A DNA stretch of 64,000 bases, taken from contig CAVSHF010000003.1 in assembly GCA_963727805.1 (NCBI GenBank), positions 960,001 to 1,024,000 of the forward strand. The letters run 5' to 3'. The notes below the pieces were generated by a model, which made no database searches, was not told the DNA's origin, and saw nothing but the letters and a program-made list of their open reading frames with translations. Each line of letters opens with the position of its first letter. The stretch's first letter is position 1. The translations under genes and the position numbers were made by a program. This DNA is from an uncultured Nitrospiraceae bacterium (GTDB taxonomy: Bacteria; Nitrospirota; Thermodesulfovibrionia; Thermodesulfovibrionales; Dissulfurispiraceae). Positions 49,278-59,380 of this stretch are shown in pieces.

Positions 49278-51063
49278 GTTGCATTCTCCGCAGGGCCGTA
49301 ACCACTTGTTCCCTCACTAACGGCTCAGAAGACTTCTGTAGTTTCTCAAACAGCGGAAGCGCCTCGTTGCTCCGGATCAATCCAAGGTAATATGCCGCAC
49401 ACGCCCTCGTTTCAGTCTTCTTTTTGATTCCTAAGAAGCTCCTCGTCTTCAGCATCTCGATCATGGAGTCTTCGAGTTCCCTACTATTAGAAGACGCTAG
49501 GGCTTCGTAATATGACAGTTTCTCGCTAAAATCCCTCTTTTCAAATCCCTTTCCATTGATAGTTTCAATAATGGCGTCTTGACAGAAAAGTCGAGCGTCC
49601 TGATTATCTCTAGCTATGACTCCCATACCTTTTATGGCTAATAGCCTCACTGTCGAATCGCTATCGTAGAAGAATTCCTTAAGCACAGGGAGGGCCTTGA
49701 CATTCTTGAAATCATTTAAGGCCTTGACTACTTCAAGCCTTACTCGCGGATGATCGTGTTTTGCAGTTTTCAGTATATCGTCTAACACGGCCTCATTACC
49801 TATATGTCGAAGCACGAAAACTATGTTCCGTACAACATACCAAGTCGGGTCTCCCAATCGCGCGACTAGGGCCCCTATAGCATCCTTCCCGATTTGGATA
49901 AGGATATCGTTGACTTTACGACGAGCAGATATGCTCTGGAGAATTCCGAGGAGAGACACGAGGGAATCGACACCGTCCTTGCCGAGACCCCGGGCATAGT
50001 CGAGCAGCCCTTCCTCGTCGATTGCCTTAGAGGAATCAAGCATGCGCCCTATGTGCGCTATGATTTCGGAAGATTTGCAAAAAGATAAAAGTTTTTGAGC
50101 ATTGTCGCGGATCGTCGGCCCCCCAAGCCTATCCTTAGGCATTCCTTCGATCCCTCTGAAGATTATTTGGGCAGGTTCGAAATCATCATCCTTGATGGCA
50201 TAGGCAATAATATCTTCCAACGATTTCACGATAATCCCTGCCTCGGCACTGTCCTGAGCCTGCATGAACATCTCAACAAGAATCTGCGCAAGATGAGCGG
50301 TCTTTTTCGAGTATTCTGAACTTTCTTCGACAACCATGATGCCCTTCTCTTGGATTAATAGTCGGCTGGCGTCAAACTTCGTGACCTCTTTTTCGCTGAG
50401 AGCATCTTTATACGCCAGTAACAGTCCGCTCTCCAGACTTGAAGATTGTGCCTGGTCCTCTCCTGTTATACAGGAGGCAAGACTCCACGGCTGCTGGTCT
50501 TCAGAAAGAGATATGTTTCCCAGCCCCGGAGCCTTACCCTCCAAAGAGAAACCCCCACCATCTTCTTCCCCCATTCCATCTCCCATTTCATCTCCCTGAA
50601 AGCCCACCCCGGACCCATCCCCTGCCTGGAAAAAGAGATCATTGATCACCAATTTGATGTTTGCGAACCCCTTCTCCCATGTAGAAGATGCGAAGTCTTC
50701 ACTGATGGTGTCGTCCCTATCAAAATGCATCCCAATCAACTTAAGAAATTCTTCGAGTTCCGACGAAGAGAGTCCCTCTTTGAACACTATTTCCTTAATT
50801 CCATCCTTGAAGAAAAAAAGAGCAAGGTTATCCATTTTCTCGGAACTTTGGTAGACTGGCTCTGAACCGACCAGTATTTCATTAGGTTTTATACGGAGGA
50901 TAAAATCTCCACTCGAGTCTAAATATTTTCTCACAAGGGCATAAGTCTCATCGATGGCGCTACGATAAACTGTGTTGTTAGCTGGATAGATATGCAGCAG
51001 CTTCTTAGCCTTTAAAGCCGCATTGATAAAGTTTCTTGCGAGACTTACTCTGTCATTTTCCAT
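49270..51063 (-). CDS. HEAT-repeat protein coupled to the HD-GYP gene
   Basis: YP.NN N-terminus; DPTWYVVRNIV; H.RVRLE..AL repeats; overlaps the HD-GYP start. Confidence 0.8.
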   Translation of the reverse strand: MENDRVSLARNFINAALKAKKLLHIYPANNTVYRSAIDETYALVRKYLDSSGDFILRIKPNEILVGSEPVYQSSEKMDNLALFFFKDGIKEIVFKEGLSSSELEEFLKLIGMHFDRDDTISEDFASSTWEKGFANIKLVINDLFFQAGDGSGVGFQGDEMGDGMGEEDGGGFSLEGKAPGLGNISLSEDQQPWSLASCITGEDQAQSSSLESGLLLAYKDALSEKEVTKFDASRLLIQEKGIMVVEESSEYSKKTAHLAQILVEMFMQAQDSAEAGIIVKSLEDIIAYAIKDDDFEPAQIIFRGIEGMPKDRLGGPTIRDNAQKLLSFCKSSEIIAHIGRMLDSSKAIDEEGLLDYARGLGKDGVDSLVSLLGILQSISARRKVNDILIQIGKDAIGALVARLGDPTWYVVRNIVFVLRHIGNEAVLDDILKTAKHDHPRVRLEVVKALNDFKNVKALPVLKEFFYDSDSTVRLLAIKGMGVIARDNQDARLFCQDAIIETINGKGFEKRDFSEKLSYYEALASSNSRELEDSMIEMLKTRSFLGIKKKTETRACAAYYLGLIRSNEALPLFEKLQKSSEPLVREQVVTALRRMQHA

Positions 51064-51406
51064 GTCTTTTCTAACAAGGATTTGCAACCATGCTCAGCAT
51101 AATAAATATCGATACGCCACTGAGTAATGTTCTTAATCCGATCAGATATGCTGCCTCTCCTTACGTAGCGTTACTTTAGTTATCGAAAAATCAAGTAACC
51201 TCTTTAATTTGAGCTGCCAATACTGGAGATGCGCATGATATTGGGGACAGCTTGCATTAGTGATCCCGTTTCCAAGATTCCACTATATGGCTTGTATGTC
51301 ATATTTTGACCGTCGCTTTTCAACTGATTTTAGAACTATTTTAGAACGGCCTGTTTGGCTTTTTGGAGGCTGGACATGACAGTCTGTTTTATAAGAGAAA
51401 AAGAGA

Positions 51407-51479
51407 AGCCACCTGCCGGAATCGAACCGGCGACCTACTGATTACGAATCAATTGCTCTACCAGCTGAGCTAAGGTGGC
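51407..51479 (-). tRNA. tRNA-Thr(CGT)
   Basis: GCCACCT acceptor; ATTGA-TT-CGT-AA-TCAGT; GCCGG-TTCGATT-CCGGC; CCA not encoded. Confidence 0.95.
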
Positions 51480-51530
51480 AGTCTACTATTTTAGTTGATA
51501 TTCTCCAAGACTGCAAAATATGGCACTAAA

Positions 51531-51572
51531 GCTGATTTCGAATCAGCTGCACTACCACTGTGCTATCCCGGC
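51531..51572 (-). pseudogene. tRNA 5' half without T-arm
   Basis: GCCGGGA-TA-GCAC-AGTGGTA-GTGC-A-GCTGA-TTCGAAA-TCAGC; no T-arm or 3' acceptor strand follows. Confidence 0.7.
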
Positions 51573-51573
51573 G

Positions 51574-52128
51574 TCAATGGATCTTTATTTTATCAAATTC
51601 ACAACGAAAATGCTCAAGTGTTTCTTCATCAACGATGCAAATTTCGACAAGCTGCAATGAAGAGCCTTGATTCATTTGAAGATATTTTAAAGCCTGATAA
51701 ACAAGGATTCCGGCGCACCGGTCCTTGGGAAATCCGAAGATACCTGAACTGATTGCGGGGAGAGAGATACTTTTAAGGCCTTCTTCTGATGCGAGCACAA
51801 GACTGCTCAGAACAGCATTCTCGAGCTTGCTATCTTCGTCTCCTTCACCCATCCTTGGTCCGACAGCGTGAATGACATATCGAGCAGGGAGTCTGCCGGC
51901 TGTCGTAATCGCGGCCTGCCCCACTGGAACGTAGCCTATTTTGTTGCTCTCATCCTGGATTATCTGTCCGCCATTTCTCACGATAGCGCCTGCGACTCCT
52001 CCACCATGCTGCAGGTGAGAATTGGCAGCATTCACAATAGCATCAACCTCGCGAGAGGTGATATCTCCAAGGACAAGCCTCAAGATTTTATCGCTGAGCT
52101 TTATTTCAGAAACGATCTTCACAACCAT
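51574..52128 (-). CDS. macrodomain protein (YmdB-like)
   Basis: GDIT...VDAIVNAAN..L.HGGGVAGAI; VIHAVGP; PAISSGIFGFP. Confidence 0.95.
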   Translation of the reverse strand: MVVKIVSEIKLSDKILRLVLGDITSREVDAIVNAANSHLQHGGGVAGAIVRNGGQIIQDESNKIGYVPVGQAAITTAGRLPARYVIHAVGPRMGEGDEDSKLENAVLSSLVLASEEGLKSISLPAISSGIFGFPKDRCAGILVYQALKYLQMNQGSSLQLVEICIVDEETLEHFRCEFDKIKIH

Positions 52129-52221
52129 TAAAAATATACAGGAAGCTGCCCAAAAGTCAATGAAGGCCTTCCAAATAAGATAAAACTTTCACTTCCCGTA
52201 AGATACATGTAAAATAGATGG

Positions 52222-53439
52222 ATGAAAACAGCTTATTTTGAATGTCCAGCAGGTATCAGCGGCGATATGTGTCTCGGGGCCCTCGTCGATGCCGGAGCGA
52301 GTCTCTCCGCAATAAAACGTTCATTGAAAAAAATCCCGATAGCCGGTTATACACTTTCTTCCAGAAAGGTTATACGCGCTGGTATTTCAGCCACGAAGGT
52401 CGATATCAAAATAAAAAAGCCAGTGGTAAATGCGTATCTGGATACGCCAATTCATAACGAACAAGCACGCAGATGGAAGGATATTCAAAACATTATCAGA
52501 AAGTCTATCCTGCCCGAAAAAATAAAAAATAAAGGACTCATTATCTTTAAAGAACTCTTCGAAGCCGAGGGCAAGGTGCATGGGAAACCCTTCGATTCGA
52601 TACACCTTCATGAACTCGGGGCCACGGACTGTATAGTAGACATTTTCGGAACCTTGATCAGTTTGGACTTTCTTGGTATTGAAAAGGTAATCGCCTCGCC
52701 AGTCAATCTCGGTCAGGGTACCATAAATACGGCACACGGCTTACTTCCTGTGCCTGCACCCGCAACCATTGAATTACTCAGGGGATACCCTGTTTACTCT
52801 TCTGAAATACCTTTTGAGCTCACTACTCCTACCGGAGCCGTCATTTTAAAGACTCTTGCATCGTCATGTGTGTCGTTTCCCCGAATCACCGTCGAAACGA
52901 TTGGGTATGGCGCAGGCAACAGGGATATCACGGCCATGCCGAATGTTCTCAGACTGATGATCGGTGAAGAATACACGGTAAACAACAAGCCAATATCGCC
53001 AGCATCTGAGAATTCGGTCATAATTCTAGAAACTAATATAGACGATATGAATCCTCAATATTTTGAGTGTGTGATGAACAGGCTTTTTGTCGCTGGCGCC
53101 CTCGATGTGTTTCTCGAAAACATAATCATGAAAAAAAGCCGTCCTGGCATCAAACTAACAGCAATCGTCAGGGAACATGATGTCGATAAAATGGCAGATA
53201 TTTTATTTAACGAGACCACAACAATCGGAATACGCATTTATAGGGCTGACAGAAAGATTCTTGAAAGGGAAGTGAAACGGATAAAGACACGATACGGCTT
53301 CGTAAGGGTTAAAGTCTCCCGTTTAAAGGGGAAAATTGTAACAACCACCCCTGAATACGAAGACATCAAGGCTATTTCAGAGAAAACAAATACTCCGATA
53401 AAGAATATCGCTGAGGAAGTCACGAGCTGCAAATCCTGA
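52222..53439 (+). CDS. larC: nickel-pincer cofactor biosynthesis protein LarC
   Basis: GISGDM.LGAL; HLHELGA.D.IVD; AHG.LPVPAPAT; ELTTPTGA; ETNIDD; PEYED. Confidence 0.93.
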   Translation: MKTAYFECPAGISGDMCLGALVDAGASLSAIKRSLKKIPIAGYTLSSRKVIRAGISATKVDIKIKKPVVNAYLDTPIHNEQARRWKDIQNIIRKSILPEKIKNKGLIIFKELFEAEGKVHGKPFDSIHLHELGATDCIVDIFGTLISLDFLGIEKVIASPVNLGQGTINTAHGLLPVPAPATIELLRGYPVYSSEIPFELTTPTGAVILKTLASSCVSFPRITVETIGYGAGNRDITAMPNVLRLMIGEEYTVNNKPISPASENSVIILETNIDDMNPQYFECVMNRLFVAGALDVFLENIIMKKSRPGIKLTAIVREHDVDKMADILFNETTTIGIRIYRADRKILEREVKRIKTRYGFVRVKVSRLKGKIVTTTPEYEDIKAISEKTNTPIKNIAEEVTSCKS

Positions 53440-53558
53440 TAATACTCTAATCTTATCATTAGCATTTTCATTCAGCCTCCTTATTTGAGAAAAGATCTTC
53501 TTTTCTGGTAATCTTTTCATTAATATCTTTTCTCATTCACTACGGATACGGAGCTACC

Positions 53559-55136
53559 ATGTTAAAAACTGATACGTTAAAAAAAGTACTGCTTTCAGGC
53601 AACGAAGCGATAGGACGGGGTGCAATCGAGGCTGGCATCTCGTTTGCGATCAGTTATCCCGGCACGCCGGCCACTGAAATTCTCGAGTATCTCGCTAAGA
53701 AATTTACTGGTGGGGCCGAATGGGCGATCAACGAAAAAATTGCACTTGAAACAGCTATAGGCGCATCATATGCTGGCAAAAGGGCACTCTGCTCGATGAA
53801 ACATGTCGGGCTGAATGTTGCGGCTGATCCCCTGATGACTGCCGCCTATCTCGGCATACGGGGCGGCCTGGTGCTTGTTGTTGCGGACGATCCCGGCGCC
53901 TACTCTTCCCAAAACGAGCAGGATTCACGCATTTACGCTCAATTCGCCAAGATACCATGCCTCGAGCCCGCCGATGCACAGGAAGCGAAGGATATGGTGA
54001 TAGCGGCGTTTGAACTATCTGAAAAGATTGAACTCCCAGTCATGGTGCGAACCCTCACACGGGTATCACATGCATCTTCTCCTGTCACAATTAACAAACC
54101 TCGTCAGCAGAACGCCCTGTCCATCGAGAAAAATCCCGAGCGTCTTCTTGCCGTGCCGAGCAATGTCGTGAGATTGCATAAGGTGCTTAATGAAAAGCAG
54201 GATATGCTGGTCGCATGGGCCGGAAGTTCCGGATTAAACAAGATCGTTAAGAATGGCCAGAAAAAGGGAATCATCGCCTGCGGTGTGACCTCCATGTATG
54301 CACAGGAATATGGCAATGACTTTGCTCTTATGAAGATAGCCACTTACCCATTCCCCGAAAATATGATCGAGGCATTTGTCAAGGGATTGGAAGAGGTATG
54401 GGTACTGGAGGAAGGTGAGCCCATCGTCGAGGAACTTGCCCTGAAATACTTCCCCCGGGTAAAAGGCAAAATCTCCGGTGATTTGAGCCGTGAAGGCGAG
54501 CTTGGTCCCGACGCTCTCGCTCCCTATGTCTGGAAAGTTCCTCCCATGGGACTCGACATGCCCGATCTGCTTAAAAGACCACCGGTTATGTGTCCTGGGT
54601 GCCCACACAGGGAATTTTATAAATCCCTGGTTGCTGCCGGCCCATCGTTTACCGCGGGAGATATCGGCTGTTATACGCTCGGGGCTAGCCCTCCCCTGAA
54701 GGCATTAGACACCTGCTTGTGCATGGGAGCGAGCATCAGTAAAGCAGCGGGGATCGCCAAGCAGGGAGTGAAACGTGTGGCGGCGGTCATCGGCGATTCC
54801 ACATTTCTCCATTCAGGGATACCAGCCCTGATCAGCGCTGTATACAACAGGGCCAATATATTAGTCATTGTCATGGACAATGCGTCGACGGCAATGACTG
54901 GCCATCAACCGACTCCGCTGACCGGAATAACCGCAAAGGGCGAAGAGGGAGGAAAGGTCTCTCTTGATGAACTCTGCCGGGCCTGTGGCGTAACTTCCCT
55001 TGAAGTCGTCGATCCGTTTAACCATGAATCGACTGAGAAGTTGATCAGAGAAAAACTCGATGCCGACGGTGTAAACATTATAATTTCCCGCAGGCCTTGC
55101 GTGCTTATTGCGGGGAAGACCAAGAAGAAAAGCTAA
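53559..55136 (+). CDS. iorA: indolepyruvate:ferredoxin oxidoreductase alpha subunit
   Basis: GNEAI.RG; YPGTP.TE; MKHVGLNVAAD; SSQNEQD; RPP.MCPGCPHR; GDIGCY; GDSTF.H. Confidence 0.9.
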   Translation: MLKTDTLKKVLLSGNEAIGRGAIEAGISFAISYPGTPATEILEYLAKKFTGGAEWAINEKIALETAIGASYAGKRALCSMKHVGLNVAADPLMTAAYLGIRGGLVLVVADDPGAYSSQNEQDSRIYAQFAKIPCLEPADAQEAKDMVIAAFELSEKIELPVMVRTLTRVSHASSPVTINKPRQQNALSIEKNPERLLAVPSNVVRLHKVLNEKQDMLVAWAGSSGLNKIVKNGQKKGIIACGVTSMYAQEYGNDFALMKIATYPFPENMIEAFVKGLEEVWVLEEGEPIVEELALKYFPRVKGKISGDLSREGELGPDALAPYVWKVPPMGLDMPDLLKRPPVMCPGCPHREFYKSLVAAGPSFTAGDIGCYTLGASPPLKALDTCLCMGASISKAAGIAKQGVKRVAAVIGDSTFLHSGIPALISAVYNRANILVIVMDNASTAMTGHQPTPLTGITAKGEEGGKVSLDELCRACGVTSLEVVDPFNHESTEKLIREKLDADGVNIIISRRPCVLIAGKTKKKS

Positions 55137-55216
55137 TCTGATGAATCCAGGGTATGCTGCAGTACATTTATAGTGTCAGCATTGAAAGAAGTGCTTTAGT
55201 CCCTTAAAATACTTCC

Positions 55217-56221
55217 ATGATAAAGAAAATTAAAACAAAAGACTTGCGCGTTGGCATGCATGTCATAATACCCGCGTCATGGTTAAACCATCCCTTTGCG
55301 AAAGGCCAGTTCGATATTAAATCGAAGGATCAAATAAAAAACATTATCGATAGCGGGTTTGACGAGGTCAAGATAGATACCTCTAAGACAGTAGCTGTAG
55401 TCGATACTGAGAACAAAGACCATGGTGACAAGGATATGATTCCCCCACAAAATTGGGCATCTGGGAAACTGGTCCCTCCGGAGCTGCTGGAAGCAATCCA
55501 TGATAAAAATATGCTCCCCGGGAAAAAAGCAGATGTAGTCTATAAGTCTTCAATTGAACTCATGGGTAGACTCTTAGATGACCCGAAAGCTGAAAACATA
55601 AGGGAGGCCAAGAAGGGGATAGCCGACATCGTCGATATGGTCTTTTCCCAGGATGATACTTCCTACTATTTGCTCAAGATAACGTCCCATGACTTTTATA
55701 CGTACACTCACTCAGTCAACGTAGGCATTTTCGGAATAATGCTGGCCAAGAATCTCTTCAAAAACTCCAATGCTCATAACATGCATGAACTTGGGGCCGG
55801 TTTCTTTTTGCATGACCTTGGCAAGGTACGCGTCGATCCGGCGATTATCAACAAGCCAGGGAGACTTACCGAGGAAGAAATGAGACAGATGAAGACCCAT
55901 CCATACCAGAGTTATAAAATATTGCAAGAGACGAATCAACTATCTGAGGAGTGCGGCATCATCGCTATGCAGCACCACGAACGGGAAGACGGCTCCGGAT
56001 ATCCAAGAGGGCTCAAGGGCAATCAAATCCACACCTATGGACGCGTATGTTGTATTGCCGATGTGTATGATGCTCTGACTGCAGAACGTTCATACAAAAC
56101 CAAATTATCTTCTTTTGAAGCTCTGAAATTAATGAAAGAGAAAATGCTTAACCATTTTCACCAAGAGATTTTCGAGAAGTTTGTCTTGTTGTTTAGTGAG
56201 GCACAGATTAAACATTCGTAG
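55217..56221 (+). CDS. HD-GYP phosphodiesterase with DUF3391-like N-terminus
   Basis: L.VGM.V....W..HPF; YTYTHSVNV; LHDLGK; HHER.DGSGYP. Confidence 0.92.
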   Translation: MIKKIKTKDLRVGMHVIIPASWLNHPFAKGQFDIKSKDQIKNIIDSGFDEVKIDTSKTVAVVDTENKDHGDKDMIPPQNWASGKLVPPELLEAIHDKNMLPGKKADVVYKSSIELMGRLLDDPKAENIREAKKGIADIVDMVFSQDDTSYYLLKITSHDFYTYTHSVNVGIFGIMLAKNLFKNSNAHNMHELGAGFFLHDLGKVRVDPAIINKPGRLTEEEMRQMKTHPYQSYKILQETNQLSEECGIIAMQHHEREDGSGYPRGLKGNQIHTYGRVCCIADVYDALTAERSYKTKLSSFEALKLMKEKMLNHFHQEIFEKFVLLFSEAQIKHS

Positions 56222-56286
56222 GAGTCTGTCGTCAGTACAGTCTTTGCTGCTCCATCCATTATGACACGGCTAAGATCCGATAGGTG

Positions 56287-57345
56287 CTAGCTTTCCAATA
56301 TGTCCCGATATCGGTAATACGCCGCGCAACTGCCCTCCGAACTGACCATGCAGGCACCTACCGGCTTATCGGGATTGCAGACTTTCGCAAAAAGAGGACA
56401 CTCAGAAGGCATCTTTATTCCCCTCAGCACAAGACCGCACATGCAGCCCTTCGGCTCAGCGATGTCCGGAACTTCCAGATCAAAAACCACTTCTGCATTC
56501 CTGTGCTGCCACCTATCCCTCAGCCTTAGTCCACTACCAGGTATCATCCCGATACCACGCCAGTAACTATCAGAGATCTCAAAAAAATCATCGATGAATC
56601 GTATTGCCTTCGGGTTGCCTTCTTCTTTTACGACACTTTTATATTCGACCTCGACAGAAACCTTTCCTTCTATCATTTGTTTTAATAACATGGCTATGCC
56701 GCTCAAGATATCGTTGGCTTCAAACCCAGTAACCGCACAAGGAATCAAGTATTTTTCAGGAATGAATTTATAAGGACTAGTTCCGATGATAGTACTCACG
56801 TGCCCGGGCAGGATGAAGCCGTCTATCCTGACGTCTTCCGATAGGAGCAGCGCCTCCAGCGCGGGAGGAACTACTTTGTGCACCGAGTAAAGGTAAAAAT
56901 TCGGTATCCCCATCCTCTCGGCCTCGGAGACGGTTGCTGCCGTTGATGGTGAGGTCGTCTCGAATCCTGCTGAGAAGAATACGACCTTCTTGTCTTTGTT
57001 CTCCCTGGCGATCTTCAGCGAATCGAGCGGTGAGTAAACGATTCTTATATCAGCGCCCTCCGCCCTCACTTCCATGAGCGACTGCTTCCCTCCGGGCACC
57101 CTCATCATATCGCCGAATGTAGTCAATATGGCACCGTCCTTTTTTGCAATGGCGATCGCAGTATCGATATCTTTTATCGATGTCACGCAGACCGGACAGC
57201 CAGGCCCGCTCAGCAATCTCAGGCCCTCCGGCAGGAGGCTCCTGATGCCATGCCGGAAGATGGCCACGGTATGGGTACCGCAGACTTCCATAAAGTTAAC
57301 AGGCCTACCGATATGGCTGAACAAGTTCTTAATTATATCGATCAA
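56287..57345 (-). CDS. hypD: hydrogenase maturation protein HypD
   Basis: MEVCGTHT; GPGCPVC; GFETT; PGHVS; GACMVSSEGSCAA. Confidence 0.95.
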   Translation of the reverse strand: MIDIIKNLFSHIGRPVNFMEVCGTHTVAIFRHGIRSLLPEGLRLLSGPGCPVCVTSIKDIDTAIAIAKKDGAILTTFGDMMRVPGGKQSLMEVRAEGADIRIVYSPLDSLKIARENKDKKVVFFSAGFETTSPSTAATVSEAERMGIPNFYLYSVHKVVPPALEALLLSEDVRIDGFILPGHVSTIIGTSPYKFIPEKYLIPCAVTGFEANDILSGIAMLLKQMIEGKVSVEVEYKSVVKEEGNPKAIRFIDDFFEISDSYWRGIGMIPGSGLRLRDRWQHRNAEVVFDLEVPDIAEPKGCMCGLVLRGIKMPSECPLFAKVCNPDKPVGACMVSSEGSCAAYYRYRDILES

Positions 57346-57360
57346 GTCTCAATTCCCCTC

Positions 57361-58605
57361 CTAAAAAAGATTTACTGTCACACTCTCACCATGGTCAAGA
57401 CCCAGTTTATTGCTAGGGATAGCAACAACACCATCAGCCTTCACCAGAGTGGTAATTAATCCCGATTTTCCCAGAATTGGGAAGGCGATATATTTACCAT
57501 CCCGCACTTCAACGTAAACGCGAATATGGTCTTCCCTCCCCGCTGCAGAAGCAATGCCTTTCGCCATCGTTGCTGTGAGGGTTTTGCGAAAATCTTTTTC
57601 TTCGTTGATTCCGGATAGCCTTCTTATAATCGGCTTGATGAAAAGATCGAAGCAAACGACGGCCGCTGCAGGATGCCCGGGAAGCCCCAGCACCGTTTTT
57701 GTATCGATGATCCCACCGATCAACGGTTTCCCTGGTTTGAGCGCAACGCCGTGAAAGAGAACACCAGGCTTTCCAATATCATCGATAATCTGGGCTGTCG
57801 TATCCTTCGTCCCCACCGAAGTCCCCCCGATAATCAGAACCATATCGGAAGATTCCAGCGAAGAAAGTACCGCGTTCCGTATAATGTCGTACTTATCCCT
57901 GAAAATACCTTTCTTCAGCGGTATTCCGCCCTCCTCTGCAATAAGACCTGCAAGTGTGAAAGAATTGATGTCCCTCACCTGTCCGGGATTCACCTGAGAG
58001 GCAGGAGGGACGATCTCATCACCGGTTGATATCAGAGATACCGAAGGCTTCCTGAATATCTCAGCCTCTGCTATACCTATACCTGCCAGGGCCCCAATAT
58101 CCTGTGCCCTTAGCCGATGACCTTTGCGAATGACTACCGATCCCTTTCTGATATCTTCGTCACGCTGTATCACATTTTCACCTGGGGATACTGGCCTCAA
58201 GACCTCTACCATCGAATCAGAGACAACCTGAGCATGCTCCAGCATAACTACCGCATCGGCACCAATCGGGATCATTCCACCTGTAGGCATTTTGGCGGCT
58301 TCGCCAGCCACAATTTCAAAGATCGGTCTTTCCCCCATGAATACTTCATTGTTAACGTTAATGTATGCTGGAAAAGTCTCTTTCGCACCGTAGGTATCGG
58401 CAGACCTAACTGCATAGCCATCCACTGTAGACCGTGCAAAGCCCGGAAGGTCTTCTCGCGAAATAATATCCGACGCCGCAATCCTGCCATAACATTCTTC
58501 GATCTTCAATCGTTCGGGAGCCCCGGTAATGGTATGATTCGGCGGCAACAATTCAAGGATCATCATTAGCGCATCAGACGGAGAGAGATAATTCTTATCG
58601 AACAT
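57361..58605 (-). CDS. moeA: molybdopterin molybdotransferase
   Basis: RSTVDGYAV; TGG.IP.GADAVVM.E; STGDE; GGTSVG; KPGKP; LPG.P. Confidence 0.93.
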   Translation of the reverse strand: MFDKNYLSPSDALMMILELLPPNHTITGAPERLKIEECYGRIAASDIISREDLPGFARSTVDGYAVRSADTYGAKETFPAYINVNNEVFMGERPIFEIVAGEAAKMPTGGMIPIGADAVVMLEHAQVVSDSMVEVLRPVSPGENVIQRDEDIRKGSVVIRKGHRLRAQDIGALAGIGIAEAEIFRKPSVSLISTGDEIVPPASQVNPGQVRDINSFTLAGLIAEEGGIPLKKGIFRDKYDIIRNAVLSSLESSDMVLIIGGTSVGTKDTTAQIIDDIGKPGVLFHGVALKPGKPLIGGIIDTKTVLGLPGHPAAAVVCFDLFIKPIIRRLSGINEEKDFRKTLTATMAKGIASAAGREDHIRVYVEVRDGKYIAFPILGKSGLITTLVKADGVVAIPSNKLGLDHGESVTVNLF

Positions 58606-58694
58606 GGTATCGATACGTCCAGCTCAGGTGGTCAAAAAAAAGGATTTGTAGGGGTTCTCTATTAAGAAGTTAATTGACAATGACTGTGGCACGC

Positions 58695-59378
58695 TCACAG
58701 CGGGCTCTTTTTGACAGCAGCCGCTTCACTACCGTTCCTGAGGATATCAAGCATCCGGAGGATGGAATCTTTATGGAGACTCTCGATCTGTTTCTTATTT
58801 ATCCCTCTCTTTCTTTTCTTGTTCAGAAAAGAAAGGAAGACAATCGATTTATATATTCTTTTGTTGGTCTTAAAAGAGAAGAGAAAGCTCTCAACTGAGC
58901 CCTCGAGAAACAGCTCATGTCTCTTTTTCATTGTTTTGCTCATCGTGACGTATTGCAGCCAGTAAACCTTATCGATAACACTGTCTGCTTTCAGCTCCAC
59001 CCATGTATGTCCCATGTCTTTCATGTCCTCAGTCAGAGTTTCATGGGCAACGGTATCGGCGGCCAAATGACTCAGGTATCCGTAGACAAACGCTTTTTCC
59101 GGGCCTCTCTTTGCTTGTTCAAGCATATTGAAAGCCAGTTCCCAACTGTGTGAACTCTTGTCATCTGGAAGATATTTCTTCCCCAATATAGTATCAGCCA
59201 TAAGATTACCATAAAGAAAATCCTGTCGGTATTTACGCAGGAGCGCCATGACACCTGCGGGGATGAGAGGGGCAAAAGAAAAGATTTCGTTTCCAAGATA
59301 CATATGCGTCATTGGTCCCCACGCAAAGGCAAAAGAAGGCACGATGAGAACAGCAATAAAGGTCATGATAAATAGCAC
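58695..59378 (-). CDS. zinc-dependent phospholipase C-family protein
   Basis: AFA-WGP.TH; GYLSHLAAD.VAH; H...E..AD. Confidence 0.8.
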   Translation of the reverse strand: MLFIMTFIAVLIVPSFAFAWGPMTHMYLGNEIFSFAPLIPAGVMALLRKYRQDFLYGNLMADTILGKKYLPDDKSSHSWELAFNMLEQAKRGPEKAFVYGYLSHLAADTVAHETLTEDMKDMGHTWVELKADSVIDKVYWLQYVTMSKTMKKRHELFLEGSVESFLFSFKTNKRIYKSIVFLSFLNKKRKRGINKKQIESLHKDSILRMLDILRNGSEAAAVKKSPL

Positions 59379-59380
59379 GG

